Origin: Massalongia carnosa
Taxonomy: Eukaryota
DNA: 64,000 nt
NCBI GenBank assembly: GCA_965645245.1
Contig: OZ287074.1
Coordinates: 2,108,001-2,172,000 of the forward strand
Reading direction: 5' to 3'
This document shows, in pieces, positions 19,301-30,498 of the stretch. The position numbers and the translations under genes were made by a program. The notes beneath the pieces are model-generated. The model saw nothing but the letters and a program-made list of their open reading frames with translations, searched no databases and was not told where the DNA came from. How positions within the stretch are numbered: position 1 is the stretch's first letter; each line of letters opens with the position of its first letter.

Positions 19301-22300
19301 TGCATAAACCGAAAGGCATGAACAAATATTCGAACTGGCCATATCTTGTATTAAAAGCGGTAAGCCATTCATGTCCTTCTTTTACTCGAAGACGATTGAA
19401 TGCCGTAATAACGTCTAGTTTCGTGAAGCGTTTTGCCTGCGAGAGTTTTCCGAGCGTCTCGTTAATTAGGGGAATAGGATATCGATTCTTTACTGTGATG
19501 GCGTTCAAGGCTCGATATTCCACACAAAATCTCAGTCCACCACCTGGTTTTCGAACTAGAAGGACTGGAGCAGCTGCTGTCGACGAACTAGGACGAATGA
19601 ATCCCTTTCCCATATGTTCGTCAATATACTTCTTGACAGCTTCCAACTCCTGTTCTGACATAGGCTTATAGTTCCTGACATAAGGGGGTTCTTTTCCGTC
19701 CATGAGGTTGATCTCGTGATCCTCCTTACGATGTTCCGGTAGTTCGTCTGCTTTATGCTTCATAAAGACTTCTATCATGCTATGATACTCTGAGGGAATT
19801 TTTTTCAACAATTCTTCGCGGGAGTACTCAGGTTTGCCTTTCATAAACTTGTCATAATCCTTTGAGGTGACGGCCCCAGTGGTTGTGGCACAGAAGGTCT
19901 TATGTTCTCGGGGAGTCCATAAGTATCCCTCGTGATCTTTCTTCCTAACCATCCGAAAGAAATGTTTCGCATTGACCGGAAGGACTTCGATATCGTCTTT
20001 TGTTCCGATCCTATTCTTTGCCCTACTTCCAACAGCAGATTCGGTGCAGGTTATTCCACGCGAAAGGCATCCCATTTCCAAGCAAATGGCAGAGTTAAAC
20101 TTCATAATTCGCTCTTTCCAGTCAATACTGGGGTTGTGAGTTTGTAGCCACCCATCTCCTAGAATAATCGCGTACACGTCCAGTTTTGCTACATAGCAAA
20201 GGACTTGTTCTTGATGATCCCCGATTTTGACGTCGACTAGGGCGGTCCTCGTGAGAAGTTGGGCAACCTCTCCGTTTCCAAGGGTCAGTTTAACCCCCGT
20301 TTCTAATTTAGAGGTGTTCAGTTTATTTACACGCGCGAAGGATTCATCAATGAGCTCAGCCTCACTTCCATTATCAACAAGTAAACGAGTTTTAATTCCA
20401 GCTATGCTAGTTTTAAATACTAGATGCTTGCCCTCGATCTTCTTTTCAGTATCGAGAACAGCACAACTAGAGAACCTTACTGTCTTCATTTCAGCGCTAC
20501 CAATTTCACAAATAACATCTTTCTTAAGACGTCCTTGATCGCGATTTTGATCAAGGACTAAGCTTTTCCCGACTCGGAGTCAGAGTCTATCTCAACAATT
20601 CTTGTATTGTTAAGCTTTTTTTCTTTAAATTGAGGGCAGATCGAGTCGTTTCCTCGATGACCTGACCCCCGACATGCCCAACAGCGTTCCTGACGCGACA
20701 ATGTATCTCGCTCTTCCTTCTCCAACTTTTTGGGGTTGGGGTCAGGATCGTACCAAACCCCTATCCAACCAACGGATTTGACTATCGTGGCGCTGAACTT
20801 GGAGTTTGGATGATCACCCGACTTCTTCTCTTTTGCACTCGATTGACGAGAATCGGAAATGGAGGTTTGTCCACTCGAGGACTTGCCTTCGCGACCAGAG
20901 TTCTTTGACGGACCAGACTTCTCTGGCCGAGGAAAGTAGTGAGCGACATCCTTGCGTCGATCTTCGATTCTCCTAGCTTTGTCGAGCAAGGGACGAAATT
21001 CGGTGAAAACTGAACCCATCAGTGGATTAGAGATGTTTGGCTTCAATGTTACAAGAAACTTCTCTATCCTCTCGTCGATGGGGGTTTTGGCCTTTTGCCA
21101 AAGCTTAAAAACTCGATGATAGTACTCGCTTACACTTTCACCACTTCTCATTATGATGGTGATGAGTTCTTTCTTGGCATCTCGACTCTGGAGATGTATG
21201 CCCATATAATGTTCAATCTCGTGAACAGAGCGTCAATGGTGAGAGAGTCGCCCATGTCGACGACCCAGGAGTGCATAGCCCCAAAGATAGGCGCTTCCAT
21301 CTGCGATAGAGCATAACTGACCTTTTCGCCCTCGTTGGCGTAAAGCGGAGAATCGGTCTTAAGCTTGTTTCGGACTGAGTATTGCCAAGGACTATATTCC
21401 TCAGCGTCTCCGCCTTTTAGAGGCTTGCTAGGGTGAATGTCACGTGGACGCCAGTTCTGGGGATTTATAGTGGTGCTCTGGGTTGTAGCAGTGTCCTCCC
21501 GTTGGCCACGAGAGGGGTCGGGAGCTGCTAGCCGTCGCTCAAGTTTCTCCTACTCTTTCTGTAAGTCCTATTGGGCCCGGAGGGCTTCTTCCAACTCAAT
21601 TTCTTTATGCGAAAGCTCTTCCTGAGCAAGAAGGATTTGGCGTTCGTCTTCATCCTTTTCGTCAGCGAAACAGTCATTAATCTGCTTATATTGTTCTAAA
21701 TGCTTCTTGGTCTTGATAAGCTTCTCATGAGCGCGAAGCTTTTTTCGTACAGTGTTTTGTCATAGGGAATTGCTCTGGACAAAAACTCATACCATCGAGG
21801 ACCTTCGTTCTCGTCTAGGACGGCATTTCGGAAGTCTTCTAGGTTGCGAATTTGTATCGTGCGGGATGTTTCCGAATTTCTCGTTCGTAGTATGGATGTT
21901 CCGAGATGTCAATCTCGCGAGCCCCTTCCTTCTCATTTCCTGACCCAGCCTTCGGGGTCGGTGTGCATTCTGTCTCGTCTCCCATCTGCTCACCGGGTGT
22001 AAGCTCGGAGTCTTCGAACGTCCCTGGCATACTATCAGAGCGAGCCGAATGACGGGACATGGAACGGGCGCGAGTGTTAAATGCAGGGCCTGCTTGAGCG
22101 TCTTCGCGAGGAGCGCCGGCCTTTCGAGCAGTCAGGGGAGTTTTCTAACTCATGACTTTGTTCTGGAGGTGAAAGAGCTCTGTCTTTCGATTCTGGAAGT
22201 TCTAAAGGTTCTGGAGTGAGGACCAGCTCGGATTCTCACGAGTGGTCGTTCTGGAAAGCTAAAGGAGCAGGTCGTTGTCCCTTTCTAAATGTACTGAAAG

Positions 22301-22330
22301 TTCTAGAAGACTGGAAGAGTTCTAATAAGC
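16373..22330 (-). mobile_element. Decayed chromovirus gypsy related to 7121-13171; no 5' LTR, 3' LTR cut by the Fot1 element
   Basis: gag (~22150-20558) shares GPAFNTRARSMSR with element 1; pol 20489-16502 broken by stops/frameshifts; PPT, then LTR start TGTCAGGGG at 16405. Confidence 0.92.
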
Positions 22331-25300
22331 ATTAAAAGGAACCAGTTATCTGACTTGTGACTGCGTAGTTCTGTGCCGAAGTCAGTGCGAAAGATGCTTA
22401 TTGGTTTCGCTTTCCCAGATTTGTTTTGAGCCATGTTGTTGTATGTCAACAAGTGATCAAACCATTCACTTTTTTTGTGTCCCGTATAAACATGAGTGTA
22501 TCTGCTGGCGTCACAGGTGAAGGTGAAGAAGTAGAGCTCTTCAAGGAGCCCTACTGGTTTGATTGGTCCTACCATGTCGGAGTTTATTTTCTGGAAGATC
22601 TCCGTGGCTTTCTCTTGTGGAGTTCGATTGTATATCTTGGTGGCTTTCCCCATCTCCCAAGTATGACAGAACCAACCCTGATTGATATCGTCAACAATGT
22701 TATGTTCAGTGTTTTCAGGTACTTTCGGCATGTCGGTATGTTGAGATGACCAAGACGTGCATGCTAAGTTATGAGCTTGAATTTTATGAAAATTTGATGA
22801 ATAGCGACGTTTTCTTCTTGATAAGTGTTCTCGTCAAGCTTGTTTATCCTCATATCTAGAGTGTCTATGGTTTGTAGCATGAAGTTGCTGTTAACTCTGG
22901 GTACATAACATATGATTTTCTTAGTAGGTTCAAGGAACAGTCTCCAGTTCGAGTTATCATAGAAAATAGAATGCTGATTGAGTAGTCCAAGGCTGACGAG
23001 GCTCACAGGGCATTGAGGAATGTAAAGTACATTGTTGAGGGTCAAAACTGAACAAGGTGATCCGTCCTCTGATGTCAAAGTTTTTTGAATAGTCCCTCTT
23101 CCTGGCGATGTGCCTGTGGACGTTGATCCTGCTAGTCCTGTAGGATAGTCTATGTAGTCAGTGAAAGAGGGTCTGTGATTGCATACATGCATATCTGCCG
23201 CGCTGTCCAATAGCCAAGAGACTTGTCATAGTCATGACCTTCTGTAGTCTAACGGTCATGACCTTTGTGAGTCAACTGCTCACAGTTGGTAGGTCTGTTG
23301 ATACAGTGGATGTCGGGACCGTTTCCGTTTTGGAATCAGAGGTCCTTGTTCCTCTTGTCTTCATAGACTCCAAGGGGTATGTTTGACGTCTCAGATTTGG
23401 GTATTTCTGAAAGCATTTCTCTAGTAAGTGGGAAGTCCGCCCTCTTCGGACACATTCTGGAAAGGTGCAAGTTCCTGGTGGTGCTTTTCCGTTGTTTCCG
23501 GCAACGCCAGTTCTGGAAGCATTGATGTGGAGTGCCTTCCTCTCTGGCCTGTTGATGGAGTAAGCGGTGATTGATCTGCATGCAGTCGTGAGGTTCGATC
23601 TGCCAGTAATCCAATCCCGACGAAGTTGAGCTATAAGGGGTAGATAGTCCTCGATGACGTTTCGTAACAAGTATCCTTGAAGGACTTGTTCTGCTCCCTT
23701 TGCGTTCAGTTCCGAGTCCTCATCTATCATGCCTTTTATGGAGTTCAATGCTTCTTCATACTCAGCGCAGTATTGAGTGACATTCTCATAATTCGTCATC
23801 TTCTTGGAGTTCATGTTGTAGAGAATGTCGGTGATGCTCATGGGTGCGATGTCCTGAAACTTGATCTTCAAGATTCTCCACATATCGCCAGCTGTGCGGG
23901 TTGATATCAGAGTGTGATGCTGTGGGGCGACACGCATTTGAATGATTCCTTCGGCCTTGAGCATGAGAAGGCTCTGCTTTTCAACGTCAGCTCCGACTTT
24001 GGTAAAGATTTGTTCATCCTTGAGATTCGCCTCGGTGAAGCCCATCTCCAAGTACTTGCGCTTGACTGTCTGATACGTGATAGCGGGAATGTTGTCTTGA
24101 ATAGCAAAGATACAATTCTTTTGCTTCAGAATGCCCTCGGTGTGCACAACCCATTGTGGCTAATCTTCCGCTTTTTCTAACAACTGAATTACGTCTTGAG
24201 TAAGAACTAGACCTCTTGTGAATGAAGAGTAGAAAGCTTGTGAATGAAGAACTTGATTTTATATCTTAGAGTTCTATAATACAATGTGTGAGGGATAAAG
24301 TAGAAGGATGATGTGTTGACTTCTCCTTATGAGAAAAACAAGCAGCATTCCTTTTACTTATCATCATGCACCTCATTGTCCTAGCAATATTTTCTCCAAG
24401 CCCATATCCTAGTGAAAATTTGTCTAACACTTGGTGGCTTGATTGTAGTCTGATGAACTTTGATATATCATCTGCTTGTATCCTAGTGAACTTTTACCTA
24501 TCACTTGGTGGCTTGATTGTAACCTGATGAACTTTGATCTATCATCGGCTTCTATCCTAGTGAACTTTTATCTATCACTTGGTGGCAAGGAAAAACAGAG
24601 TCTGAACAGGGATATACCGTTATCATTTAACAGGCACAGGGCCTGTTAAATGAAACAGGGATCTTCCACTTTCACTACTTCCATGTTTTCCCTTCTGTGG
24701 CGTTCAAGAAATCTCTTTTGGCAAGGAAGGACTACTTTCCAAAGATGGGTCTGTATCTCTTCCTGCTCCCTGAACCTAGTTGACATAGTGGTGTCCTTTG
24801 GTCTTTAGAGGTTCATCGTTCCTTCTAATCTCCAGGCATACACGCTATTCAAAGGTTTGTTGAGATTGCCTTGGGCCTTTAGGCTAAAGGCCTGTCTGGT
24901 GTCCAAGGTCTTTGTAGGTATTGTGCATTTGAATTGCGTGTAATGATTCATGTAGTTCACGATAGATAATCGTGGTGAGGTAAATTCTAAGTACGCAAAA
25001 GAAATTTTTAGTATTGCATCTAAGGGGTTTTTTTTTTGTAAACGATGATGCTTAGCTATTATGCACTGTAGTGCTGCGGATGAGCAATTCGATTCGTGAC
25101 TGAATCGATAGCGCCCTTCCGGGCTCATAACCTGTTGAAATAGGTATATGACTATGGCTATATGGCTATGATAAAAATGGTATGTATGACCGTGATGTTA
25201 AGGATGAAGAGTGCTGTTCAGCAATCTTGGTCCATAACTGGTCACCCTCTGCTAAGCGAGGTGATAAGATTATCTGAGCCGATCTTATCTAATATCTAGG

Positions 25301-25402
25301 CTAAGCCTAATACGGCATCTACGGTTTCTGTAGGTGCTCTGTCCATCTGGGGCAGTCGTAAGTGCTATGTTCATTGAACTGGTAGGAGTTGAATATTCAA
25401 CA
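22331..25402 (-). mobile_element. 5' half of a Ty1/copia element (LTR, PBS, leader, gag, protease, start of integrase), decayed
   Basis: LTR 25402-25133 followed by PBS GGTTATGAGCCC; gag 24147-23272; WLLDSAADMHVC protease; INSDMVGP...FRTDFGTE integrase. Joining the LTR to this gag is inferred from position. Confidence 0.75.
24405..24586. repeat. 74-bp tandem repeat, ~2.5 copies
   Basis: TATCCTAGTGAA...ACTTGGTGGC starting at 24405, 24479 and 24553. Confidence 0.85.
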
Positions 25403-25407
25403 CAAAC

Positions 25408-25667
25408 TGTTAAATGTTCAACTTCTACCAGCACAACAGATTAGATTAGATCAGTTCCAGTCTAACCGTATCGGTTACTTGAGACCTTTTAGGAGGTGCC
25501 TTAAGCAACCTAGGCTCGGATAAACTATTATCACTTCGCTTAGTAAAGGGTGACCACTTAAAAGGAGAAGACTGCTCCGTAGCAACTCTTCATCTTATAC
25601 ATCAGGGTCATACACATTGTCATTTATTACATAGCCATATAGTTATAATCATATACCTATTTCAACA
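25408..25667 (+). mobile_element. Solo copia LTR, inverted relative to the adjacent related LTR
   Basis: TGTTAAATGTTCAAC...CCTATTTCAACA, homologous along its length to the reverse complement of 25133-25402. Confidence 0.8.
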
Positions 25668-25699
25668 GTATTATTAATAGAAATATCATCGGTCAACTG

Positions 25700-25872
25700 T
25701 TCTTTAGGAAGATCTCTTGACGGAGACTCGGAGAGTATTCGTAGAATTATCGGATTACTTGGTTTTTCTTCCTCAAAAGGTTTTCCATGTATTATATAAT
25801 CCCATAGACTTGCCCGCATGGGCCGGCCCTCGGCCGGTACCACATCGGAATAAGAATTGTCATCATCATCAT
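25700..25872 (+). mobile_element. 5'-truncated LINE 3' end
   Basis: 3' UTR matches the LINE UTR at 56845-56915 (minus); CCGGCC-CTC-GGCCGG hairpin and (TCA)n tail; left boundary approximate. Confidence 0.75.
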
Positions 25873-26730
25873 AAGTTGGTTACAGTAGTGGTTAAGCTTT
25901 CTCTCTGCTGTCTCACGACTGATTCCAACCCGCGGCTGAAATGTGCGACATCTCGTGTGCTAGGCATCAGCCTCATCCGTGATATCTCCTCAATTTTCAA
26001 CGCCAGCCAACCATTCCAGTCATCCTTGCGTCCCCTGGCCGTAGCGTGCGAGGATGGGATATATGTTGGAATATCGGGCAACTTGACCACGATATAGAAC
26101 TCTGAGGTCATGGCGCAAACCCGTGTGGGTTGGCATTTGAATACTCGGACAGATGTGGTGGATCAGATCAATAGTTGAGGGTTGGGGGCGGCTTAACTGG
26201 TGAAGGGTTCTCTGATCTCCGAGACGGTGGAGATGGACCCCTGATTATGATTTGCATCACATTTTGTCATGGCATGATGTAAGTGTCAGCGGAATATGTA
26301 TTCCAACATCATTCTTACCGCGTAAGCCTCTCACGTTATTGGCTTCGACGTAAGTTTAGATGGTCAATTGGTTTACATTGTAGATAAGACATTGAGACGG
26401 TATATCATACGTCACAACAAAATCAAATCTACAAGATTCGCTGTAGACAGTGATGTGATCAACTTACTTCACTCTTCACATGCAGAGTCCATCTTCTAAG
26501 CCGCTAATGCATGATTCCAACGTCAGTTTTTCGTAGAAGTAGTACGAAGATTGCCTTGTCCAAGTTGAGAAAGTTGGTTTGAAATCAATACTTGTGCTCA
26601 ACTGATCCCACACCATCAACTTTAATATCATGGACATTCACGAATAATTCTAGCCAAACTCCAACTTTCTCAACGCTTCTTGATATACAAATAGTGTCTG
26701 ACCTTGCTTAGATTTTTTCGCATCTTCAAC

Positions 26731-28038
26731 ATGGCTGACTATAAGTTTGAAGGCTGGATGGCCTTCGATAAGGAAACTGGGGTTGGTAATATGAAATGGC
26801 AGGAATTTGAGCCTAAGGAGTTTGAGGAGACAGACGTGGACATTAAGATCACTCACTGCGGTTTGTAGATCGATCTTAGCGATGACAAATTCTTGCAAGA
26901 TCGCTGACATCTTTTGCAAATTCCTAGGAGTTTGTGGTACCGACGTTCATTCTCTTAGAAGCGGATTGTTTCCCACAGACTACCCGTGCTGTGCCGGCCA
27001 TGAGTACGGGCATTCCCAATCACTTTTACCGTTACCAGCTACTCATCCGAAGCAGAATCGTTGGTACCATCGCCCGAGTCGGATCCCAAGTTGCTCGCGG
27101 TCTTAAGGTCGGAACAATTGCGGGAGTAGGTTCCCAAATTGGATGTTAGCTTTCTCCTTTCGCTCTCTACTAAACTGGTATCTGACAAACCCACCAAGCC
27201 TGTGGCGAATGCGAAGCCTGCATCGCAGGAAAGCAAAATTACTGCCCCAAGATGATTCAAACATACAACAGCCGCTATCCAAACGGAGTTAAAACTTATG
27301 GCGGCTTCGCCAACTATTGGCGTGGGCCCTCTGCCTGGGTCTTCGCCATTCCTCCATCCATGCCACCAGCTGAAGCGGCGCCGATGCTCTGCGGTGGTAT
27401 TACGCTCTACGCGCCACTAAAGCGCTTCGGCTGTGGACCCGGTAAGAGCGTAGGCATCGTCGGCACAGGTGGATTGGGTCACTTCGGGATTCTATTCGCC
27501 AAAGCCCTTGGTGCAGATAAAGTCGTCGCGTTATCTCGGAGTAACAAGAAACGAGCCGACGTTCTCAATCTGGGCGCAAACGATTATATAGCGATGGAAG
27601 AGGACGCTGATTGGTCGACTAAGCATGCTAATTCTCTGGATATTATCATATGCACGGTGTCCTCTCCCCAGGTCAGTTAGCATCCACGCTACCTACAGGG
27701 TCTTTTGAGTGACTTCGTCTGGAATCCCTGTTGAATCTTACCAACGCTCATAGGTACCACTGGACGGATTTATCTCCCTCCTTCGCACCAATGGCGCCTT
27801 CGTCCAACTCGGCGCACCCGCCCTTCCTCCTGTCAACGTCGCCTACTTGATCTTCAAGGGTCTCACCCTTAGCGGCTCACTGATCGGCCCGCCAGACCAG
27901 ATCCGTGAGATGCTCGATTTCGCCGTGTCCCACAAGATTCATCCAATCGTTCAGGAGAGGTCGATGAAGGATGCAAACCAGGTGGTTCAAGACTTGGATA
28001 ATGGCATGGCTAGGTATAGGTATGTGTTGGTGAACTGA
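26731..28038 (+). CDS. Zinc-binding NADP(H) alcohol dehydrogenase, ADH6/cinnamyl-alcohol dehydrogenase-like, 5 exons
   Basis: Introns 26861-26927, 27004-27055, 27145-27198, 27672-27753 give CGVCGTD, GHEIVG, CGECEAC...NYC, APMLCGG, GTGGLGH, ARYRYVL. Confidence 0.93.
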
Positions 28039-28392
28039 GATAGTAGGTGACAATGGCACTGGCAATGGCATTGGCATAAAATAGTAGAGCCTTGTGCTTT
28101 GCACAGGAAGATAGTTTTTTTTTGCTGAATTGTTGTTACTGGGAGCATGTGTGCAATGCTTGAGCTGCAACCGCTATTGTGCCCCCGCTCGAATTCGGGA
28201 GCTACAAGCAGTCTCCATCGAGTCAGTCTCATTAATTAAAAGCAATGGCGGAATTATTTTAAGTTCCCTTACCAGCTTGCAAGCAACAATGCTTGCCCAA
28301 AGATGCGCAAATGAGATCATGAATAATTCAAACTGAATGATTTTCACAAAACAACGCTGTCAGCACTTATTCGTAGATCGTGAGACCTGTTA

Positions 28393-28679
28393 CGGGATTT
28401 CCCGGTTAAACACCGAACCCGGTGAGAACGCCGAAGTTTCTTCATTTCGACACATTGCTATTTTTGCTATCATGCGACAACTATCATGATTGATTAACTG
28501 AAAATTTGATGCAATGCACGTAGAAGATGTCCAATTTGATGCATAAAAGAAGAATTCATAAGTCAAAATGATTTGACTTTCGCACTTGTCTTTCGTTAAA
28601 TGTGCGAAATATTACAACTTCTTCACTCTCAATCACTTCGACATTATCACTTTGCTCCTAAAACTGCTTTCGATATTTT
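28393..28679 (-). mobile_element. Mutated end fragment of a Fot1-like element related to 14181-16370
   Basis: TA followed by the same TIR; aligns to 14181-14468 with many C>T and G>A changes. Confidence 0.85.
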
Positions 28680-29114
28680 TGTCAGGGGAGGGCTGGAGAA
28701 ATACAAGACTCTATCTTGCAGAACAGATATCTAGATATGCTAAAACTAGAAGTTGAGAATAATACACAAGACGTCCGATGAAGAGCTCTAAACACCTGGG
28801 AAACCACATAGACTTTATAGCCATGGCTTTCAACTCTCCTATTCTCGACTTGCCCCATCTCTGTTCCTATACTAATTTCCTTAACATGATTGCTTTGACC
28901 TATCCCGCCTTTATCTGTGCTGAAGCACTCTCAGTCATAAGCCTGGATAGTGGAGACGTGGAGATTGGATACGGATTGTAGGAGATTGATAGTGCGCTGA
29001 GGGCGGCAGAAGAACGCCTGAGCACGATGGGTGAGATTTCACAGCAATAGGCCCTGTTAAATACTAGAGTAACCCGATCAGGACAGGCGGGAGGGTGCGA
29101 AGCGATTCCGTGAC
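28680..29114. mobile_element. Probable solo LTR
   Basis: TGTCAGG start and CCGTGAC end; abruptly truncates the Fot1 fragment. Confidence 0.45.
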
Positions 29115-30060
29115 TGCAAGATATTTGCCTTGTTCTCGCTTCTTCGAATATGAATCAAATACACGTTTAAATCATTCGAAAGCGAGGTATTATTGATCCA
29201 GCTCTTGTCACTGATAGCGATGTTATTATCTCGCTTCAATTCATTCATTCAGGCCTTTCTTTGAATCTTTGCTTTAAAGATGACGAAAGCAAAAAGAAGT
29301 GCTCCATCTGCAGAAATACATTCAAGAAGAGACACTCATTCTCGGCTCTCATTTTGACACATGTATGCATTGAGATTTGCCTTTGAAATCACTACTTTCT
29401 GCTTACCTGCTTGACCTATTGCAAAGCCCTTCTCGTCTATATTATATACGTCTCTTTTTTCAATGTTGTATTGCTTCATTGTGTCCGGAAAGAGCTTAAA
29501 TCAATGATTGATTGTTTCGTAATTGACTGCATTGATGCGCTCTTTATCTAACGAAGTGCAAAAGCGAGATTTTAACGAATGATGTCGATTCAAGAACTTC
29601 TCCATTCAGTGACATCCCAATGAGGTATGATTTCCACTTTTTTTGAGAATCTCTTCTGCTTGTAACTTGATTCGATAAATTATTGAAGAGAAGCCCCATT
29701 TGATCAATAATTCGATCCAGTTTACTAAGCATTCCTTCTCAATGAAAGTGAGGCGTTGTTGAACTTGGTGAACTTTGTGATGAGAAAATGTTTCTTCTTT
29801 GTATCGTCGATATAATTTGGTATGACAAACATTGTATTTGTTGACATATTGACGGAATGAAGACTTCTCTTGCTTAGACTTTATTTCAGACTGAAATTCA
29901 TATTCATCCCACCGCTTGATAGCTTTGACAAAGAAGATCAGAGCAAACTTCATGCGCTCACGCTTTGAGATGATCTCTGTATCTGATTCCTCTTCTAATG
30001 GGTCTTCCTCAAGAGCTTGCATGATATTTTGATAACGAAGGGATGGCTAGGCCAGGCGCT
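29115..30060 (-). pseudogene. AT-rich pogo-like transposase remnant
   Basis: HTH-like ORF 30022-29606 (QRLTFIEKECLVNWI); YNIDEKGFAIG and LECISADG in broken frames. Confidence 0.75.
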
Positions 30061-30498
30061 GAGACCAATTATAGCTTCAATGGCCAGGGTTGAGGGTTGG
30101 AGAGTAGGTATAGGTCAATTGGCTGATTTGTAGAGACGCTATAGTATAAATTTTGGTAGGAATTCTTCAGGATAAACGCATTTGATAAACATCGGATATA
30201 AACCCCTACTAGTGCTGTTGCATATCCCAGTCATCCCGAGTAAAGTTTTTTCATTATTGTTAGTTGAAAGATCAATAATACATGCGAGTTTTGAGTTCTC
30301 CAACGATATGTTATTGAAATCTATAATTCTAAAATTTGTCGAGGAGGAAAATACAACAAGATCAAAGCTGAAGGGTAGCAGCATAATCAAAATATGAGAT
30401 GACAGCAAGCTCCTACATAGATTCCAAAACGCCTTGTGAAGGTGGTGCGTTCAAAAGTGCTGGTGCCGGACCGGGGTTCTCATCATTAATGCATCTAT

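Noticed and set aside
30139..30408. Overlapping small ORFs between the pogo remnant and the GMC gene
   Set aside because: No recognisable motif, splice structure or termini.
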